A DNA stretch of 64,000 bases, from contig OY759599.1 in assembly GCA_963662465.1 (NCBI GenBank), positions 1,984,001 to 2,048,000 of the forward strand, read 5' to 3'. Below the pieces are notes generated by a model, which was not told where the DNA came from, ran no database searches, and saw only the letters and a list, made by a program, of their open reading frames with translations. Numbering within the stretch: the first letter of the stretch is position 1; the number at the start of each line of letters is the position of its first letter. The position numbers and the translations under genes were made by a program. The stretch comes from Desulfatiglandales bacterium. Its GTDB lineage: Bacteria > Desulfobacterota > DSM-4660 > Desulfatiglandales > Desulfatiglandaceae. Positions 1 to 9,903 of this stretch are shown here, piece by piece.

Positions 1-178
1 AATCCTGATCTTTCAGGTCCGCCGGCGTATAAAGATCATTGATAACCCGATCTGAAACCGTGGAAAACCGGCTTAACCGCTCCGGTTTGACGGCAAAAAC
101 CCGGGTCAGTTTTTGTTTCCACGCGGCATACTTTTCTTCGATATCTTGAAAAATCTTGGGATTAAAGGTCAAAGCCAT
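1..178 (-). CDS. Acyl-CoA mutase (methylmalonyl-CoA mutase family) large subunit, N-terminal part; runs off the window
   Basis: ATG at 178 with AGGAGG RBS (185-190). Reads MALTFNPKIFQDIEEKYAAWKQKL...RFSTVSDRVINDLYTPADL, resembling the mutase N-terminal F.T.S......LYTP.D motif. Follows acyl-CoA genes. Confidence 0.65.
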   Translation of the reverse strand, partial: MALTFNPKIFQDIEEKYAAWKQKLTRVFAVKPERLSRFSTVSDRVINDLYTPADLKDQD

Positions 179-193
179 GGCCCACCTCCTGTC

Positions 194-273
194 TGATTGT
201 TGATTGTTGATTGTTGATTGTCGATTGTTGATTTAAGGCCAATCACCAATCAACAATCGCAAATCATCAATCC
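194..273. repeat. Tandem heptamer (TGATTGT)n followed by degenerate complementary heptamers; long hairpin
   Basis: About 5.5 copies of TGATTGT at 194-233, then CCAATCA-CCAATCA-ACAATCG-CAAATCA-TCAATCC at 239-273. Confidence 0.85.
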
Positions 274-1412
274 CTAATGAGGTTTTTTGCCACCACCAGA
301 CGCATAATCTCGTTGGTGCCCTCATAAATCTGGCATATTTTCGCGTCCCGCATGTGACGTTCCATGGGATATTCCTTGCAGTACCCGTATCCTCCCAGGA
401 TCTGCACCCCTTCGACGGAGGCTCTCATCGCCGCGTCCGAGGCGAACATCTTGGCCATGGCCGCTTCCTTCTCATAAGGTTTATGGTGACTTTCCAGCCA
501 GGCGGCCCGAAGGGTCAGCAATTCCGCCGCATCCAGTTCCGTAGCCATATCCGCCAGTTTCCACTGGATGGCCTGAAAGCTGGTAATGGGTTTTCCGAAC
601 TGCTCCCGGGTCTTGGCATATTTAACGGCATCTTCCAGTACCGACCGACCAATGCCGATAGCCTGGGCCGCAATGCCGATGCGCCCCCCGTCCAGGGTAC
701 TCAGCATCTGCCTGAACCCATCGCCTTCATTTCCCAGAAGGCCGTCGGCGGGGAGCCTGGCATCCTCAAAAATCAGTTCCGAAGTTCCCGAGGCCAGGAT
801 GCCCATTTTTTCTTCCAACCGCCCCACCTTGAACCCAGGGGTATTTTCCAGATCTACCACAAAGGAGCTGATCCCCTTGTAGCCTTTCCCTTTCTCGGTG
901 ACGGCGGCGATCACAGCGTAGCGGGCCACATTGCCATTGGTAATGAATTTCTTTTCCCCATTGATGACCCATTCATCCCCATCTCTAACAGCCGTGGTCC
1001 GCAAGCCTGCGGGATCGGACCCGGCGCCGGCCTCGGTAAGGCCATAGCAGCCCAGATATTCTCCCGCGGCACAGGGATAAAGGTATTTCTTCTTCTGAGC
1101 CTCCGTACCATACGCATAAACCGGAAAACAGTAGAGGGAATTGTTGACGCTCATGATGACCCCTGTGGAGGCGCAAGCCTTGGACACCTCGATCAAAGCC
1201 AGCGCGTAGCTAACATAATCCATGCCGCCGCCGCCGTATTCCTCAGGCACGGCAATGCCCAGCATTTTCAACTCTCCCAGTTGTTTGACGATCTCCGCCG
1301 GATGGGCATGGGTCTCATCCAGCAGGGCAGCCTTGGGCCGAATCTCCGCCTCAGCAAAGCGGGCCGCCATCTCTTGCACCATCTGCTGTTCTTCGGTTAA
1401 TGCGAAGTCCAT
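267..1412 (-). CDS. Acyl-CoA dehydrogenase (butyryl-CoA dehydrogenase-like)
   Basis: LTEAGAGSD, INGEKKFITNG, REQFGKPI and QIYEGTNEIMR motifs; 381 aa. Confidence 0.95.
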   Translation of the reverse strand: MDFALTEEQQMVQEMAARFAEAEIRPKAALLDETHAHPAEIVKQLGELKMLGIAVPEEYGGGGMDYVSYALALIEVSKACASTGVIMSVNNSLYCFPVYAYGTEAQKKKYLYPCAAGEYLGCYGLTEAGAGSDPAGLRTTAVRDGDEWVINGEKKFITNGNVARYAVIAAVTEKGKGYKGISSFVVDLENTPGFKVGRLEEKMGILASGTSELIFEDARLPADGLLGNEGDGFRQMLSTLDGGRIGIAAQAIGIGRSVLEDAVKYAKTREQFGKPITSFQAIQWKLADMATELDAAELLTLRAAWLESHHKPYEKEAAMAKMFASDAAMRASVEGVQILGGYGYCKEYPMERHMRDAKICQIYEGTNEIMRLVVAKNLIRD

Positions 1413-1417
1413 GGTTG

Positions 1418-2206
1418 TTACGCGAGCTCCCCTTTAAAATCGGGTTTTCGTTTCTCCAGGAATGCCGTCATCCCTTCCTTTCCATCCGGGCTGGACATGC
1501 ACAGGCCAAAGGCGTCCGCCTCCATGAAGTTGCCCGTGCGAAGATCCACGTCAAAGCCACGATCAATGGTATTCTTGATGGCCCGCATGGACACTTTTCC
1601 CTTGCCTGCAATGACCTTCGCGGTCTTTATTGTCGCTTCCCACAGTTCATCCGCAGAAAACACCTTGTTGGCAAGGCCGATCTCTTTTGCTTCCTGAGCG
1701 CCGATGATGGCGCCCGTCATGCAGAGTTCCTTGGCCATTGCTTTCCCCACAAGCCGGGACAGCCGCTGGGTTCCCCCAAATCCAGGCATAATGCCGAGAT
1801 TGATCTCAGGTTGACCGAACTTGGCCTTTTCAGAGGCATAGATAAAATCACATGCCATGGCCATCTCGGTTCCGCCTCCGAGAGCAAACCCGTTGACACA
1901 GGCAATCACCGGTATTGGAAGACTTTCAAGCCGAAAAAACAGGTTCTGACCTTCCAGGGAAAACTGCCGACCCTGAAGGGGTGAAAAGGTGGACATGTGA
2001 CCGATGTCGGCGCCGGCAATAAACGCTTTTTCGCCTTCGCCGGTCAGCACCAGCACCTTGATATTCGCATCCGCCTCAATCGTGTCCAGGGCTTCACCCA
2101 TTTCAGCCAGTACGCCCGGGTTGATGGCATTTAACGCCTTAGGCCGGTTGAACTTAATAATGGCTATATTTCCATCTACTTCAAAAATAATGTTTTCAAA
2201 TGACAT
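1418..2206 (-). CDS. Enoyl-CoA hydratase (crotonase)
   Basis: NRPKALNA, FIAGADI, NGFALGGGTE and FGQPEINLGIMPGFGGTQRL. Start placed at MSFENIIFE (2206). Confidence 0.95.
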   Translation of the reverse strand: MSFENIIFEVDGNIAIIKFNRPKALNAINPGVLAEMGEALDTIEADANIKVLVLTGEGEKAFIAGADIGHMSTFSPLQGRQFSLEGQNLFFRLESLPIPVIACVNGFALGGGTEMAMACDFIYASEKAKFGQPEINLGIMPGFGGTQRLSRLVGKAMAKELCMTGAIIGAQEAKEIGLANKVFSADELWEATIKTAKVIAGKGKVSMRAIKNTIDRGFDVDLRTGNFMEADAFGLCMSSPDGKEGMTAFLEKRKPDFKGELA

Positions 2207-2245
2207 GATATATTTCCCCCATCCGGTTGAGATATCAAAAAAACA

Positions 2246-2305
2246 TTTGCCGGTTTCCGGTTCACCGGTGACGGTCTTTAAAACCAAAAACCGGAAACCG
2301 GAAAC
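2246..2305. repeat. Heptamer inverted-repeat hairpin (TTTCCGG / AAACCGG-type units)
   Basis: TTTGCCGG-TTTCCGG-TTCACCGG ... AAACCAA-AAACCGG-AAACCGG-AAAC between thiolase and crotonase. Confidence 0.7.
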
Positions 2306-2315
2306 TTTCAGATGA

Positions 2316-3599
2316 TTAACAAGCCTCCAGAATCATGGCCATACCCTGGCCCCCGCCGATGCAGAGGGATGCCAGACCCAATGCCACATTCTTGCGCATC
2401 ATTTCACTCATTAGGGTCAACGTAATGCGGGCGCCCGAGCAGCCGACGGGATGTCCGATGGAAATACCGCTGCCCAGCACATTGGTTTTTTCCATGTCGC
2501 ATTTCAGTTCCCGCACACAGGCGATGGCCTGGGAGGCAAAGGCCTCGTTCAGCTCAATGGACCCAAAATCATCGATGGTCAAATTTTCGCTCTTCAACAG
2601 TTTTCGAACCGCCGGAATGGGTCCCAGACCCATGTAGGCCGGATCAATCCCCGCACTTGCATAGGCACGGATTTTCACCAGAGGCTTCAACCCCAGGTTT
2701 TTTGCTTTTTCCGCCGACATAAGCAGAAGGGCCGCCGCTGCATCGTTGATCCCGGAGGCGTTTCCCGCCGTCACGGTCCCGTCTTTCTTAAAGGCGGGCC
2801 TGAGCTTGGCCATCTTTTCCAAGCTGGTCGCCATGGGACGCTCATCCGTATCAAAAATCAGGGGATCTTTTTTTCGCTGGGGAATGATCACCGGCGCAAT
2901 CTCGTCCTTGAAAAGACCGTCGGCGATGGCTTTCATGGCTCGCTGGTGACTCAAGGCGCCCAGTTCATCCTGCTCCAGCCTTGAAATGCCGTATTTTTCC
3001 GCGATGTTTTCGGCGGTAAGCCCCATATGGTATCCATAGAAAATCTCAAACAGGCCGTCCATGATCATCAGATCCACCATTTCCGCATTGTTCATTCTGG
3101 CGCCCCAGCGGGCCGCGGGCAGGGCATAGGGAATGAGGCTCATGTTTTCCATGCCGCCCGCCAGAATCACATCCGCCTCGCCGGCGGCAATGGACTGGGC
3201 AGCCAGGGCAATAGCTTTCATGCCGGAAGCACAAACCTTGTTCAGACTGAAAGCACTGGTTTCCTTTGCAATGCCGGCCTTGATCATGGCCTGGCGCGCC
3301 ACGTTCTGCCCCTGGGCCGCGCCCACCACATTTCCCATGATCACTTCATCGATTTCAACGGGCTGAAAACCGTCATCGTAATCATAAGCCTTTTTTTCAA
3401 GATCAATCATTCCCAGGCCCTTGAGGGAATCGGGATCAAATTGAGACAAATTATCCGTGACCACCGGTTTTAACTGTACATTTTTGAGGGTTTCTTTCAA
3501 TACCAGTGACCCCAACTGTACCACGGGCGTTGATTTCAACGTCTTGCCGAATGTACCTACAGGTGTTCTTTTTCCAGAAACAACCACCACATCTCTCAT
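2316..3599 (-). CDS. Acetyl-CoA C-acetyltransferase (thiolase)
   Basis: NKVCASG, NEAFA, GHPVGCSG and CIGGG. Has a ~30 aa N-terminal insertion relative to its neighbour. Confidence 0.95.
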   Translation of the reverse strand: MRDVVVVSGKRTPVGTFGKTLKSTPVVQLGSLVLKETLKNVQLKPVVTDNLSQFDPDSLKGLGMIDLEKKAYDYDDGFQPVEIDEVIMGNVVGAAQGQNVARQAMIKAGIAKETSAFSLNKVCASGMKAIALAAQSIAAGEADVILAGGMENMSLIPYALPAARWGARMNNAEMVDLMIMDGLFEIFYGYHMGLTAENIAEKYGISRLEQDELGALSHQRAMKAIADGLFKDEIAPVIIPQRKKDPLIFDTDERPMATSLEKMAKLRPAFKKDGTVTAGNASGINDAAAALLLMSAEKAKNLGLKPLVKIRAYASAGIDPAYMGLGPIPAVRKLLKSENLTIDDFGSIELNEAFASQAIACVRELKCDMEKTNVLGSGISIGHPVGCSGARITLTLMSEMMRKNVALGLASLCIGGGQGMAMILEAC

Positions 3600-3626
3600 T
3601 CTTTTCTCTCCTAATATTTAAGATAT

Positions 3627-4817
3627 TTAAGCTTCGTTATAAACCACCAACGTCACGGCTTCGCCGCCCCCCAGACAAAGGGAGGCCTCGCCGATTTCAG
3701 CGCCGCGGTCCTTCATGGCATAAATCAGCGTGGTCAACACCCTGGCGCCACTGGCCCCGATAGGGTGTCCGATGGCCACGGAGCCGCCATGGATATTCAC
3801 CCGCGACGGATCAATGCCCAGCTCCCGGTTGATGGCCACGGATGACGTGCTGAACGCCTCATTGATCTCATGCAGATCGATATCCCCCACCTTGAGGCCA
3901 TCCTTTGCCAGAACTTTCGGTATGGACAACATCGGCGCTACCAGCACATACTTCATATCCAGTCCCGAGGCGCCCTGTGCCCCCACACGCACCAGGGGCT
4001 TGCACCCAAGCGCGTCGGCCTTTTCCCGGCTCATCACCACCAGGGCCGATGCCCCGTCCGCGATTTTGGAGGCATTCCCGGCGGTCACAAGACCATCCTT
4101 TTTAAACGCCGGGCGCAGCCTTTTGAGACCTTCTACGGAGGTCAGGGGTTTTCGGTTTGGAATTTCATCCATATCGAAAATCACCGGGTCGCCCTTTCGG
4201 CTTGGAATTTCCACGGGAACGATTTCACCGCTGAATTTTCCCTGCTCCTGAGCCTTCCATGATTTTTCATAGGAATCAAGGGCAAATGCATCAGAATCTT
4301 CACGATTTACTTTATATTTTTCAGACACCAGTTCCGCACTGATCCCCATGTGAAAATCGTTCACATGATCCCAGAGCCCGTCATGCACCATGCCGTCGAC
4401 CATCTTGCCGTTGTTCATGCGATACCCTGTCCTGGCCTGTTTCAACATGTAGGGGCAAAGGTTCATGTTTTCCTGTCCCCCCGCCACCACCACATCCGCA
4501 TCGCCGCACATGATGGCCTGGGCCGCCAGCATCACCGCCTTCAGACCTGAACCGCACACTTTATTGATGGTAATAGCACCCACATCCCAGGGCAACCCCG
4601 CGCGAACCATGGTCTGTCGGGCGGGATTCTGTCCCAGCCCATGGGGCAGCACGTTGCCCATGATCACCTCGTCCACATCCTTGTTCTCAACGCCTGCCCG
4701 CTTCAGGGCCTCCTTGATCACCAATGCCCCGAGATCCGTGGCGGAAACAGTACTCAAGAACCCCGCGAAATCGCCGACAGGGGTCCTGCAGGCACTGACA
4801 ATAACAACTTCTCTCAT
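3627..4817 (-). CDS. Acetyl-CoA C-acetyltransferase (thiolase)
   Basis: NKVCGSG, NEAFS, GHPIGASG and CLGGG. Start at MREVVIVSACRTP (4817). Confidence 0.95.
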   Translation of the reverse strand: MREVVIVSACRTPVGDFAGFLSTVSATDLGALVIKEALKRAGVENKDVDEVIMGNVLPHGLGQNPARQTMVRAGLPWDVGAITINKVCGSGLKAVMLAAQAIMCGDADVVVAGGQENMNLCPYMLKQARTGYRMNNGKMVDGMVHDGLWDHVNDFHMGISAELVSEKYKVNREDSDAFALDSYEKSWKAQEQGKFSGEIVPVEIPSRKGDPVIFDMDEIPNRKPLTSVEGLKRLRPAFKKDGLVTAGNASKIADGASALVVMSREKADALGCKPLVRVGAQGASGLDMKYVLVAPMLSIPKVLAKDGLKVGDIDLHEINEAFSTSSVAINRELGIDPSRVNIHGGSVAIGHPIGASGARVLTTLIYAMKDRGAEIGEASLCLGGGEAVTLVVYNEA

Positions 4818-4972
4818 TAAATTTCCCCTTTCAAAAAACCGATCCGCTATATCCACAAAATTTTCCCTAAAAACAGATTATCAGTATATAATAAAGGACC
4901 TCTTTTCAAGTCAAGACAATTCACGACATGCAAATATTCGCGGTTAGCGAATAGAGAAAAGGAGAAAAGCGC

Positions 4973-6307
4973 ATGAGCAACTTGCGACAAACCGTTTTTT
5001 TCAACCAGCACCTGGCCCTGGGCGCAAAGATGGTGGAATTCGGCGGCTGGGAAATGCCCATCATGTATCCGGAGGGCATCATCCGGGAACATCTTGAAAC
5101 CCGCCGGGGAGCGGGATTATTTGACGTAAGCCACATGGGCCGCTTCGTAATCAGGGGAAAGGAAGCGTTACCATTCCTTCAGCATGTCCTCACCAACAAC
5201 GCTGCGGCACTCGATATTAAAACCATTGGCGCTCAGTATACCCTTATTCCCACCGAAACCGGCGGCGCCGTGGATGATGCTTATCTTTATCGCTTTCAAA
5301 CGGATGAATATCTGCTGGTGGTCAATGCCGCCAATCGGGATAAGGACAGGCGACATCTAAAGTGTTTTACGGAGGCTTACCCTGAAATCCAGATCCTCGA
5401 CCGCACCAGGGAAATGGCCATGCTCTCCCTTCAGGGACCGGCATCCAGAAGCATCCTGCAAAGGATCATGCCGGGTGAAAATCTTCCGGAACCCAGACGG
5501 AACTCAGTTTGCACCGTTTCAATTTCAGGGGTCCAGGTGCTTGTTGCCCGCACCGGTTATACCGGTGAACCGCTCTGCTTTGAACTCTTTGTGGATGGAA
5601 ACCATGCCCCCCTGTTGTGGGATCATTTGCTGGCCGAAGGGGCTGCGCCGGTGGGGCTGGGTGCAAGGGATACGCTCCGCCTGGAAGCGGGACTTCCCCT
5701 TTATGGGCACGAACTGGGCACGGATCCGGAAGGACGGGAAATCCCCATCCTGGCCTGCCCCATCACAAAGTCCGCTGTCAGTTTTTCACCACTGAAAGGG
5801 GATTTTGTGGGAAGAGAAGCGCTGATAAAACAATTTGAAGCCTTTAAGCGCATCATTTCCCATGATGCCCCTCATCCAACCAACCTCCCTCGAATGATCC
5901 GGCCCATAGCGCTCACTGAAAGGGGGGTTGCCCGGCCGGGATCAAAGGTCTTCAAAGGGGACCGTCACGTGGGCGTCATCACCAGCGGCACCATGGTCCC
6001 CTATTGGGTTGTGAAGGGCGAAGGATTAAAATCGGAATTGACCGATGAACACCGACTTCGCGCCATCTGTCTGGGCTATGTGGACAGCGGCCTCAACGTG
6101 GATGATCCCCTCGTTGTTGAAATCCGAGGTAAATCGGTTAAGGCCGTGGTCGCGCCCTTTCACATGAGATCCGATGCGCCCCCCTATGCCCGACCGATTC
6201 TTCAAGGTGGAACGTCTGCTGGAAGCGGAATTACAGGCCTACCTGGGTTGCCGGGAGGTGGAAACCCGTCTAATCAGCGGACAGATGGCCAATATGGCCG
6301 TGTATAG
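4973..6307 (+). CDS. gcvT: Aminomethyltransferase (glycine cleavage T protein); N-terminal half of a GcvT-SHMT fusion
   Basis: FGGWEMP, LFDVSHMG, RTGYTGE and GLGARDTLRLEAG. The last ~35 aa look like out-of-frame read-through. Confidence 0.9.
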   Translation: MSNLRQTVFFNQHLALGAKMVEFGGWEMPIMYPEGIIREHLETRRGAGLFDVSHMGRFVIRGKEALPFLQHVLTNNAAALDIKTIGAQYTLIPTETGGAVDDAYLYRFQTDEYLLVVNAANRDKDRRHLKCFTEAYPEIQILDRTREMAMLSLQGPASRSILQRIMPGENLPEPRRNSVCTVSISGVQVLVARTGYTGEPLCFELFVDGNHAPLLWDHLLAEGAAPVGLGARDTLRLEAGLPLYGHELGTDPEGREIPILACPITKSAVSFSPLKGDFVGREALIKQFEAFKRIISHDAPHPTNLPRMIRPIALTERGVARPGSKVFKGDRHVGVITSGTMVPYWVVKGEGLKSELTDEHRLRAICLGYVDSGLNVDDPLVVEIRGKSVKAVVAPFHMRSDAPPYARPILQGGTSAGSGITGLPGLPGGGNPSNQRTDGQYGRV

Positions 6308-7037
6308 CGCCATGATGGACGACCTGAATCGCACCGACCGCAAACGAGAGGCGCAACGCATCCGGTGTGTCATGTGCCACCACATTGCCAAGGAGGGACA
6401 CCTCAGCAGTCAGCCCATGGGAGCCCTCAGGGATTTTGTGGCCCACAATTCCGCGACCGAGCGTCCCGCGGTGGTCAACTTTCCCGTATTGCCGCATAAT
6501 CCCTACCAAATGGATGTGCCCGCCGCCCTCAAACAAATCGAAATTTCGCGGCCCGAATTGATCATCCTGGGAAAAAGCATGGTGATCTACAACGACTATC
6601 AGCCGAAGGTCTTGGCCAACGCCAAAGCCTTTGCCCATGCACTTTCCGACCGCGGCCTTGAACCGGCGGGAGATCCAAAGACAGGCTACACTGAAACCCA
6701 CCAGGTGATACTGCCGGTGGGGTACGGGCGCGGTCAGGAGATGGCTGAAAGGCTCGAAGACAACAACATCATCTGCAATTATCAGGCGACTCCCGATGAG
6801 GAGGGCTTTACCGCATCAGGGGCGCTTCGACTGGGGGTTTCGGAAATGACGCGATTTGGCATGGAAGAGAAGGATTTCCAGGAACTCGCGCAATTGATGA
6901 GGGACGTGGTCGTCAAAAACGCCCATGTCAAAGCCAGGGTTGAAAAAATGCGGCAACGGTTTCAAGATCTAAAATTTTGTTTTTCCGAGCAGGATTTCGA
7001 AGGCCACTTGCAGGAACTTCACAGACTTCTGCTATAA
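6200..7037 (+). pseudogene. glyA: Serine hydroxymethyltransferase domain remnant with two deletions
   Basis: Retains SGQMANMAV, GHLS, YQPKVLANAKAFA, TETHQV and SGALRLGV. Lacks the N-terminal LI.SE/YxG segment and the DMAH...THKT PLP-lysine segment. Out of frame with gcvT. Confidence 0.8.
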
Positions 7038-7468
7038 AATATTGGGGTATGAGTCAGTACGTAATGCGCTATTTTCGATGTTTTTTGTTGTTTTTCAGGC
7101 GCCCAACAACGATGATTCAAAGGGTATGCCTTTCAGCTTTCGAACGGAAGAATAGAACCAGCATTCTTCATTTTTTGTTATACGAAAAATGGGCGTCAAA
7201 AACCCATTTTTCTGAGGCTTCCAAGAACACAGTGTAACAGAAAGGTAATATAGGAACCCTTCACTTTTGGATTAACAGTCTGAAAAGGGCGTGACCACAA
7301 GATGTAGTGGCATCTGAGAATGAGAGAAACGGCAAATTCAATTTTGCTCGGATGACATATTGAGCTCTTATGTAAGATCATAAGTTTTTTTCAGATATAT
7401 GAGAGATATCCCCATGGTGAACAAAGACCGCAATTGGTGATTATCTCTGAAAACAGACAGCTGTTAAC

Positions 7469-8220
7469 CTATCCACTTGTGTAAACGGCAGCAATGAGAT
7501 AACGCTTGTACGTCTTCCCATCGTGTTGGACCGTCTCTGTGACCTGCTCCCAGTCTAATGTCTTAATGACTTTTTCCAGGGTGTAGGAATGAAGCAGATC
7601 ATCATCCTGCATCTGACCGTATCCCGGAACAGATGATGTGGTGATATAGTCTCCTGCCTGGATTTTTCCGTTGATATCAGTTACCCAGACCCGACCTTCC
7701 CCCGGTGCATTGACCACCCCGAAACGTTCACCATCCTCAGCTTTATACCAGTGATCTTCAGGAAGAGGACCACCGTAAACAATAACACCGAATACAGCTT
7801 TATCCCTGGTCTTGGTGGATATTGTAACTGTTGGCAGAGTGAACGACAGAGGTATTACCCCGTTTTTATCCTTTCTTTCTGCGGTTCTACCGGTTACAGA
7901 AGAAATCATTCCCGGCACAATTTCTTCCGGCATATCCTGTGCGAATCTCACCTCATGGGCGCCCGTGAAGGGTACGTAATTACTGCCTTGGACCGCCTGC
8001 ATAAAAATCGTATTGGTTTCCATAGCCGTAAACGCCCCTAACGAAAGTACCGGCTGCTTCAAAATATCCGCCGTATGAATAATATCTGTCGGAATAAGTG
8101 TTCACACCGCCAATAATCGCTCCATTAGGACTGTCTGTAAAATTTCCAGTAGAAAAGCTGCCGCTCAGGTGAAGTGGAGCGCTGATGCCCCCACCTGATA
8201 AGGCTGTAGCCAGCAACCTC
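7469..8220 (-). pseudogene. Fragment of a surface/fibre-like protein with a C-terminal intramolecular-chaperone (peptidase G2-like) domain
   Basis: GRVWVTDINGKIQAGDYITTSSVPGYG motif. The upstream GGYFEAAG...GVYGYG...DFYAGGP segment is in another frame. No start codon or signal peptide. Confidence 0.55.
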
Positions 8221-8515
8221 AAGCAAAGCAGAGAGTTTATACTCAAAGGAATTAATCGGTTTGCCTTCCACAGAAGGGCTGCTCTTTTGAGAATTCACCC
8301 CATTCTGTTTGCATCCACCCACACTCTGTGGTAAATGGATCATAAAACCAGTTTGTATTTGAGTCGCGCTTTTTTCCGGTATAGGTTTTTCGTTGTCGTG
8401 AAACATCCTGCCCCAGAAGCCGTGGGCACTGGGACTGCTTTAGGGGTATACGCGGACAGTATCTGCCAAAAAGGGCACCCGGAAATTCGATATCGCCATG
8501 GGTGGGGATGTTTTA

Positions 8516-9898
8516 ATGGACCGCCGTTTCTTCAATAGCCTTCTCCTTTTTCTATTGTTTTCACTTATTGTAGCCCTTCCCGGCACTGCGCACACGGACA
8601 CGTTAATGGACGATCCGATCCCGGAGAGCGGAGGGATTGCTGCGAACCCCCAGACGGCCTATACCTTTTTGGGTTGGGATCAACTGGGTCGCGGCCTGGG
8701 CCTGAAAGATGAATGGGGAGTCCGTCTGGGCGGATTTTTGATCCTCGAACCAAACTGGATTGCCTCGGGCGGGGTCGAGCCAAACTCGAGCCACGCAAGT
8801 CTGGCCGTGGGCATCCACACATCAGTCGATCTGCGAAAGGCCGTTGGTATCCCCGGAGGAACGTTGGGGGTTGAATTCCTCGGGTTTACTGGGGATGCTA
8901 TCAATAACGCTGCCGGTTGCGTCCAGATGTTCAGCAACATGGATGGTGCTCCGCCCCGAAGTCGCATAGAGCTGATGCAGGCATGGTGGCATCAGCGCCT
9001 GTTCGACGACAAGCTCATCTTCCAAATCGGTAAGATGAACGTGGCCGGACACTTCGGCACGGTTACGAAACCGGTGTTTGTCAGCGAAGGCCATCTTCAG
9101 GATTCCGGTAGCGACATCAGCAGCCTGATTTGGGCGCCGGTGGGCCTCAATCCGACAGTGCTCTCCATATTCCCCGCCTATTACAATACCGCCTATGGGG
9201 CCACCGTCCACTTTGCCCCCACCCATAACCTGTATGCTTCCTACGGCCTTTTCGACGGGAATCTTGCCCGAGGCGTACAGACGGGTCTCAAGTGGGGGCC
9301 GCAGTTCAACGATTACAAGCTTCACATCGGGGAATTGGGATATGCCTGGCGCGTGGGAGAACACGGCAAGCCGGGGAGGCTCGGGGTGGGGGTCTGGAGA
9401 CAGACCGGGGACCTGAACGCACCCTCTCTCACTAGCGAGGATGGGGCAACGGGGTATTATTTATTTGCCAACCAGCGGCTCTGGTACCGAAAGCCGGACA
9501 TCAACAACTCCGGACTCATCGGCTATTTTCAATATGGGCACACCGGCGCCGATTCAGTGATGGTCAATGACTATGTCGGCACCGGGCTCAGCGGGGTCGG
9601 CCTGGTGCCCGGACGACCTTACGATACCATCAGTGTGGGTATGGCGTGGTCCAAGCTGAACGACCTGCCCGGCGCAGGCGCCTTCTTCTACCCCGATGTC
9701 AAGTCCGATTCAAAAGACCTCAGGGGAAACGAATTGATGTTCCAGGCCGCGTACCTGACGACCTTTGTTTTCAAGACGTTCAGCGCTTTCTGGACCCTCA
9801 CTCCGGAATTGGTCTACACCTATATCCCCACCCCGGGGCGACGTCCGGACCTTGATGCAGCCCATGTATTCACGGCACGCTTTATTGTATTGTTTTAA
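8516..9898 (+). CDS. Carbohydrate-selective porin (OprB family)
   Basis: Signal peptide, LGWDQLGRGL, AWWHQRLFDDKL..QIGK, GLVPGRPYD and a C-terminal Phe. Confidence 0.8.
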   Translation: MDRRFFNSLLLFLLFSLIVALPGTAHTDTLMDDPIPESGGIAANPQTAYTFLGWDQLGRGLGLKDEWGVRLGGFLILEPNWIASGGVEPNSSHASLAVGIHTSVDLRKAVGIPGGTLGVEFLGFTGDAINNAAGCVQMFSNMDGAPPRSRIELMQAWWHQRLFDDKLIFQIGKMNVAGHFGTVTKPVFVSEGHLQDSGSDISSLIWAPVGLNPTVLSIFPAYYNTAYGATVHFAPTHNLYASYGLFDGNLARGVQTGLKWGPQFNDYKLHIGELGYAWRVGEHGKPGRLGVGVWRQTGDLNAPSLTSEDGATGYYLFANQRLWYRKPDINNSGLIGYFQYGHTGADSVMVNDYVGTGLSGVGLVPGRPYDTISVGMAWSKLNDLPGAGAFFYPDVKSDSKDLRGNELMFQAAYLTTFVFKTFSAFWTLTPELVYTYIPTPGRRPDLDAAHVFTARFIVLF

Positions 9899-9903
9899 CA
9901 CTC

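Noticed and set aside
354..1400. Long antisense ORFs (also 12119-12958, 24498-26105, 26644-27639, 28523-29437, 37094-37996 and 53912-54808)
   Set aside because: Shadows of well-supported genes on the opposite strand; no motifs or RBS.
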